Source of the DNA: an uncultured Pirellulales bacterium
Lineage (GTDB): Bacteria; Planctomycetota; Phycisphaerae; Sedimentisphaerales; Anaerobacaceae
Direction of reading: 5' to 3'
Length of the DNA: 57,224 nucleotides
Assembly: GCA_964492365.1 (NCBI GenBank)
Contig: CAZBKA010000002.1
Coordinates: 1,208 to 58,431 of the forward strand
The notes below the pieces were generated by a model, which searched no databases, was not told where the DNA came from, and worked only from the letters and a program-made list of their open reading frames with translations. The position numbers and the translations under genes were made by a program. Numbering within the stretch: position 1 is the first letter of the stretch; each line of letters opens with the position of its first letter. This document shows positions 54,997 through 57,224 of the stretch, in pieces.

Positions 54997-57224
54997 TTAA
55001 GAAAGGGTTCTCGCAACCTCTACTATTTCGTACATGTCAAAAATATCATCAACTTTAACATCATCAAATTTAGCGATCTTGATACCGCATTCAAGACCTG
55101 TTTTGACTTCACGTGCATCATCTTTGAAATGTTTGAGTGTTTCGATTGAAAGATTGTCATGGATAACAACATTATTTCTTATGAGCCTTACTCTAGCATT
55201 CTTGCGAACAACTCCGTCACTTACATAACAACCGGCAATCGTACCGAGTTTGGAAACTTTGAAAGTATCCCTGACAACAGCCCGTCCAATATTCTTTTCC
55301 TGTTCTTCAGGCTCAAGCAAACCTTCCATAGACTTCTGAAGCTCTTCTGTTATTCGATATATGATAGTATAAAGTCTTATATCAACACCACGAGCTTCTG
55401 CCAGCTTGGCAACATGGTCATCAGCAATAACATTGAAACCAATAATAATCGCATTTGATGCTTCGGCAAGCACAACATCACCTTCTGTAATACCACCTGT
55501 TGCAGCATGAAGTATTTTGATTTTTACTTCCGGCGTACTCAACTCAGAGAGATACTTCGTAAGAACGTCTACAGAACCATGAACATCTGCACGAATAATT
55601 ATATTAAGTTCTTTTACACAACCAGCTTCTATCTGACTAAACAGATTCTCAAGCGTCACCTGTGTTCGTTTGGCTAATGCGCTTTCTCGTAATCTGAATA
55701 CGTTTTCTTCAGCAGCGTTTTTGGCACGGTTTATATCATCAAGTTTATAGAATTTATCTCCAGCCTGCGGAACAGCACTCAAACCCGTCACTTCTACAGG
55801 CATCGAACTTGTTGCGGTTTTTAAATTCCTGCCGTAACTGTTTTTCATGGCTTTTACCCTGCCATATGCAGAACCGGCAAGTACAACGTCACCTTTGTTG
55901 AGTATACCTTCTTTCACAAGAAAAGTTGCAACCGGTCCACGCTGAGAATCCATTTCCGCTTCAACAACCCAACCTGTTGCAGGAATAGTGTTGTCGGCTT
56001 TTAAATCAAGCAATTCTGTAGTATAGTCAAGATACTCAAGCAATTCATCTATACCGGCACCAGTAACTGCCGAGGTTTTAACAACTTCTGTTTTGCCGCC
56101 CCACTCGACAGGAACCAGGTCATGCTCAGAGAATTGAGCATATATCCTATTGATATCACATCCCGGCAGATCACATTTATTCAGTGCTATAATCACGGGA
56201 ACATTCGCAGCTTTGGCATGGTGTATGGCCTCTACTGTCTGAGGCATGACACCATCATCAGAAGCAACAACCAAAACGACCACATCAGTCATATTGGCAC
56301 CCCTTGCGCGCATAGCAGTAAATGCTTCGTGCCCGGGCGTATCAAGGAATGTTATCTTGCTTTGACCAAAGCTTACCTGGTAGGCACCAATATGCTGCGT
56401 TATACCACCAGCTTCACCAGATGCAACTTTCGTCGACCTTATCTTATCGAGCAGAGATGTCTTTCCATGGTCAACATGTCCTAACATTGTTACAATAACG
56501 CTTCTCTTCTCAAGATTTTTTCTTTCTCTCTGTTCGAACTCCTTGCGGATTTCATCTTCAAGGCTTGCTTTTCGTTCAACAATAAGCTCTGTTCCAAATT
56601 CAACTGCAACTAATTCCGCAACCTCAGGACTAATAATCTGATTCGCAGTTACCATTACACCCTGTGCAATGAGTTTTGTTATTATATCAGAAGCTTTTAC
56701 AGCTAAAGCAGCAGAAAGGTCCTTCACAATTATTGGTTCACTAATCGTTGCCCTTTCAGGACGTTGAATAGATTTAGCCTCACCGGGACCTTTGGTACTT
56801 ATTTTTCGGGAAGGTCTGAGTCTTAAACCTTCACCGCCTGCTGCTGCAAGCCTTGCGCGTCTTTCATCAATATCTTTTTGTCTGCGATTATGACCTAACT
56901 TACCTTTTTTAGGGGTTTCAACTTCAGTATCCGCAAACCTTCTACCATAAGTTCTGTCTTTGCGTTTTGTTTTGGATTTACCTTTTGTATCTTCTTCAAC
57001 AACTTCAGCTGCAGCAATACCAGCTACAGGTATCAAAGGCACAGTTACAGATGCATCGTGCCTTGGTTTGGTATATGGAATTTTTTGACCAGCTGGCCTC
57101 GGTCTTGGCCTGCGACCCCTTTCCGGTTCTGGTTCTTCAACACGGACAAGCTGAGGACCGCTTAATCTAGCTGGGGCGGGCTTATTCATCATAGGCCCAG
57201 CCGGTTTCACAGGCTCGGGGATAG
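54997..57224 (-). CDS. infB: Translation initiation factor IF-2 (N-terminus beyond the window edge)
   Basis: G domain [24 protein letters not shown]. The frame stays open to the window end (…[14 protein letters not shown]…). Confidence 0.95.
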   Translation of the reverse strand, partial: IPEPVKPAGPMMNKPAPARLSGPQLVRVEEPEPERGRRPRPRPAGQKIPYTKPRHDASVTVPLIPVAGIAAAEVVEEDTKGKSKTKRKDRTYGRRFADTEVETPKKGKLGHNRRQKDIDERRARLAAAGGEGLRLRPSRKISTKGPGEAKSIQRPERATISEPIIVKDLSAALAVKASDIITKLIAQGVMVTANQIISPEVAELVAVEFGTELIVERKASLEDEIRKEFEQRERKNLEKRSVIVTMLGHVDHGKTSLLDKIRSTKVASGEAGGITQHIGAYQVSFGQSKITFLDTPGHEAFTAMRARGANMTDVVVLVVASDDGVMPQTVEAIHHAKAANVPVIIALNKCDLPGCDINRIYAQFSEHDLVPVEWGGKTEVVKTSAVTGAGIDELLEYLDYTTELLDLKADNTIPATGWVVEAEMDSQRGPVATFLVKEGILNKGDVVLAGSAYGRVKAMKNSYGRNLKTATSSMPVEVTGLSAVPQAGDKFYKLDDINRAKNAAEENVFRLRESALAKRTQVTLENLFSQIEAGCVKELNIIIRADVHGSVDVLTKYLSELSTPEVKIKILHAATGGITEGDVVLAEASNAIIIGFNVIADDHVAKLAEARGVDIRLYTIIYRITEELQKSMEGLLEPEEQEKNIGRAVVRDTFKVSKLGTIAGCYVSDGVVRKNARVRLIRNNVVIHDNLSIETLKHFKDDAREVKTGLECGIKIAKFDDVKVDDIFDMYEIVEVARTLS

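Noticed and set aside
1-57224. Searched by eye for CRISPR arrays, rRNA or tRNA genes, intact IS elements, integrases and toxin-antitoxin or restriction-type defence genes
   Set aside because: I found no regularly spaced direct repeats, no rRNA or tRNA signatures, no intact transposase or integrase, and no recognisable defence-system proteins. Only the transposase remnant at about 17.3-17.5 kb turned up.

Overview
A 57.2 kb bacterial chromosomal window that is densely coding, with about 45 protein genes and no rRNA, tRNA or CRISPR that I can see. All calls come from reading the supplied translations and DNA for family motifs. No database search was run.

Content in order:
1. 1-11.7 kb: a secreted carbohydrate-active enzyme cluster. 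It holds two SASA/DUF303-type O-acetylesterases, a low-GC CE4-like deacetylase lipoprotein, a dockerin/LamG/GH5-like hydrolase, and a large hydrolase with an embedded malectin-like module.
2. 11.9-34 kb: housekeeping genes. These are csp, an SSS symporter, pyrK-pyrD, a Tag-like glycosylase, DUF167, a MATE pump, a transglutaminase-TPR protein, a CaCA antiporter, an FG-GAP lipoprotein, mnmA, lpxD-lpxI plus a tandem LPS-kinase-like protein, and the conserved thrS-infC-rpmI-rplT-pheS block.
3. 34.1-45.3 kb: the most unusual part. There are two paralogous modules, each a membrane-anchored GspE/PilB-like secretion ATPase followed by a CvpA-like polytopic membrane protein. One is preceded by an FHA protein and the other by PilT. 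The second ATPase has degenerate catalytic motifs. Each module is followed by a convergent GH130 gene. No pilin, platform (GspF/PilC) or secretin genes are present.
4. 45.7-57.2 kb: an MBL hydrolase, ymdB-rny, an HtrA-like protease plus a large secreted protein, hisG, an HhH protein with a Lys-rich tail, rbfA, and infB (truncated by the window edge).

Other notable points:
- An exact 42 bp promoter-like direct repeat brackets the low-GC deacetylase gene.
- An IS1380-like transposase remnant is hidden antisense to a spurious ORF.
- There are two intergenic gaps of 0.8-0.95 kb.

The gene repertoire (RNase Y/YmdB, LpxI, dockerin/LamG/FG-GAP secreted proteins) is compatible with a PVC-group organism such as Phycisphaerae. 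This is only an inference.
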